A stretch of 64,000 nt of DNA from NCBI RefSeq assembly GCF_053078305.1, contig NZ_CP166879.1. One strand, 5' to 3'. This document shows, piece after piece, positions 63,704-64,000 of the stretch; the first letter of the stretch is position 1; each line of letters opens with the position of its first letter. The notes below the pieces were generated by a model, which saw nothing but the letters and a program-made list of their open reading frames with translations, was not told where the DNA came from and searched no databases. The position numbers were made by a program, and so were the translations under genes.

Positions 63704-64000
63704 ATGAGTAAACACGACACCGACACTTCAGATCAACACGCCGCGAAACGCCGCTGGCTTAATGCCCACGAAGAGGGGTATCACAAAGCGATGGGCAATC
63801 GCCAGGTACAGATGATCGCCATTGGCGGCGCGATTGGCACCGGCTTGTTTTTAGGTGCAGGAGCCCGACTGCAAATGGCGGGTCCAGCACTGGCACTGGT
63901 TTATTTAATTTGTGGCTTGTTTTCGTTTTTTATTCTGCGTGCATTGGGTGAGCTGGTGCTACACCGCCCTTCCAGTGGCAGTTTTGTCTCTTATGCCCGT
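63704..64000 (+). CDS. ansP: L-asparagine permease, 3' end outside window
   Basis: Reads [53 protein letters not shown]… and runs open to the window end; APC-family N-terminal motif. Confidence 0.88.
   Translation, partial: MSKHDTDTSDQHAAKRRWLNAHEEGYHKAMGNRQVQMIAIGGAIGTGLFLGAGARLQMAGPALALVYLICGLFSFFILRALGELVLHRPSSGSFVSYAR

Noticed and set aside
1-64000. Screen for rRNA, tRNA or tmRNA genes and well-known sRNAs
   Set aside because: No cloverleaf-compatible tRNA-like sequences or rRNA-like conserved stretches were recognised; intergenic regions are explained by promoters, terminators and REP elements. An unrecognised sRNA cannot be excluded without a covariance-model scan.

Overview
This window reads as an Escherichia coli chromosomal segment, collinear (in reverse orientation) with the K-12 interval ansP ... 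yddA as I recall it. Most of it is conserved core genes: yddA (5' partial), yddB, pqqL, gadBC, yddW, dosCP, ddpXABCDF, osmC, bdm, sra, maeA, adhP, yddM, fdnGHI (with an in-frame selenocysteine UGA), yddG, a porin, narUZYWV, yddE, nhoA, yddH, pptA, yncG and ansP (3' partial). Three parts stand out. (1) Between pptA and yncG, about 50.4-62.6 kb, where K-12 carries the rhsE remnant, there are two tandem type VI secretion PAAR-vgrG cassettes on the minus strand, separated and flanked by degenerate H-repeat (ISAs1-family) elements. Cassette A is PAAR, a frameshifted vgrG, a 692-aa two-domain peptidoglycan hydrolase-like effector and a secreted immunity candidate. Cassette B is PAAR, an intact vgrG, a DUF2169-like adaptor, a PAAR-like (DUF4150-type) toxin with an unassigned C-terminal domain, and an immunity candidate. 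(2) A 403-aa gene of unknown function lies between narV and yddE. (3) A low-GC islet between yddG and narU holds an intact porin and two leucine-rich-repeat proteins, one disrupted at an A7 tract. No rRNA, tRNA, CRISPR array or prophage was seen. All identifications rest on reading the sequence and ORF translations against remembered protein families; no database search was run.
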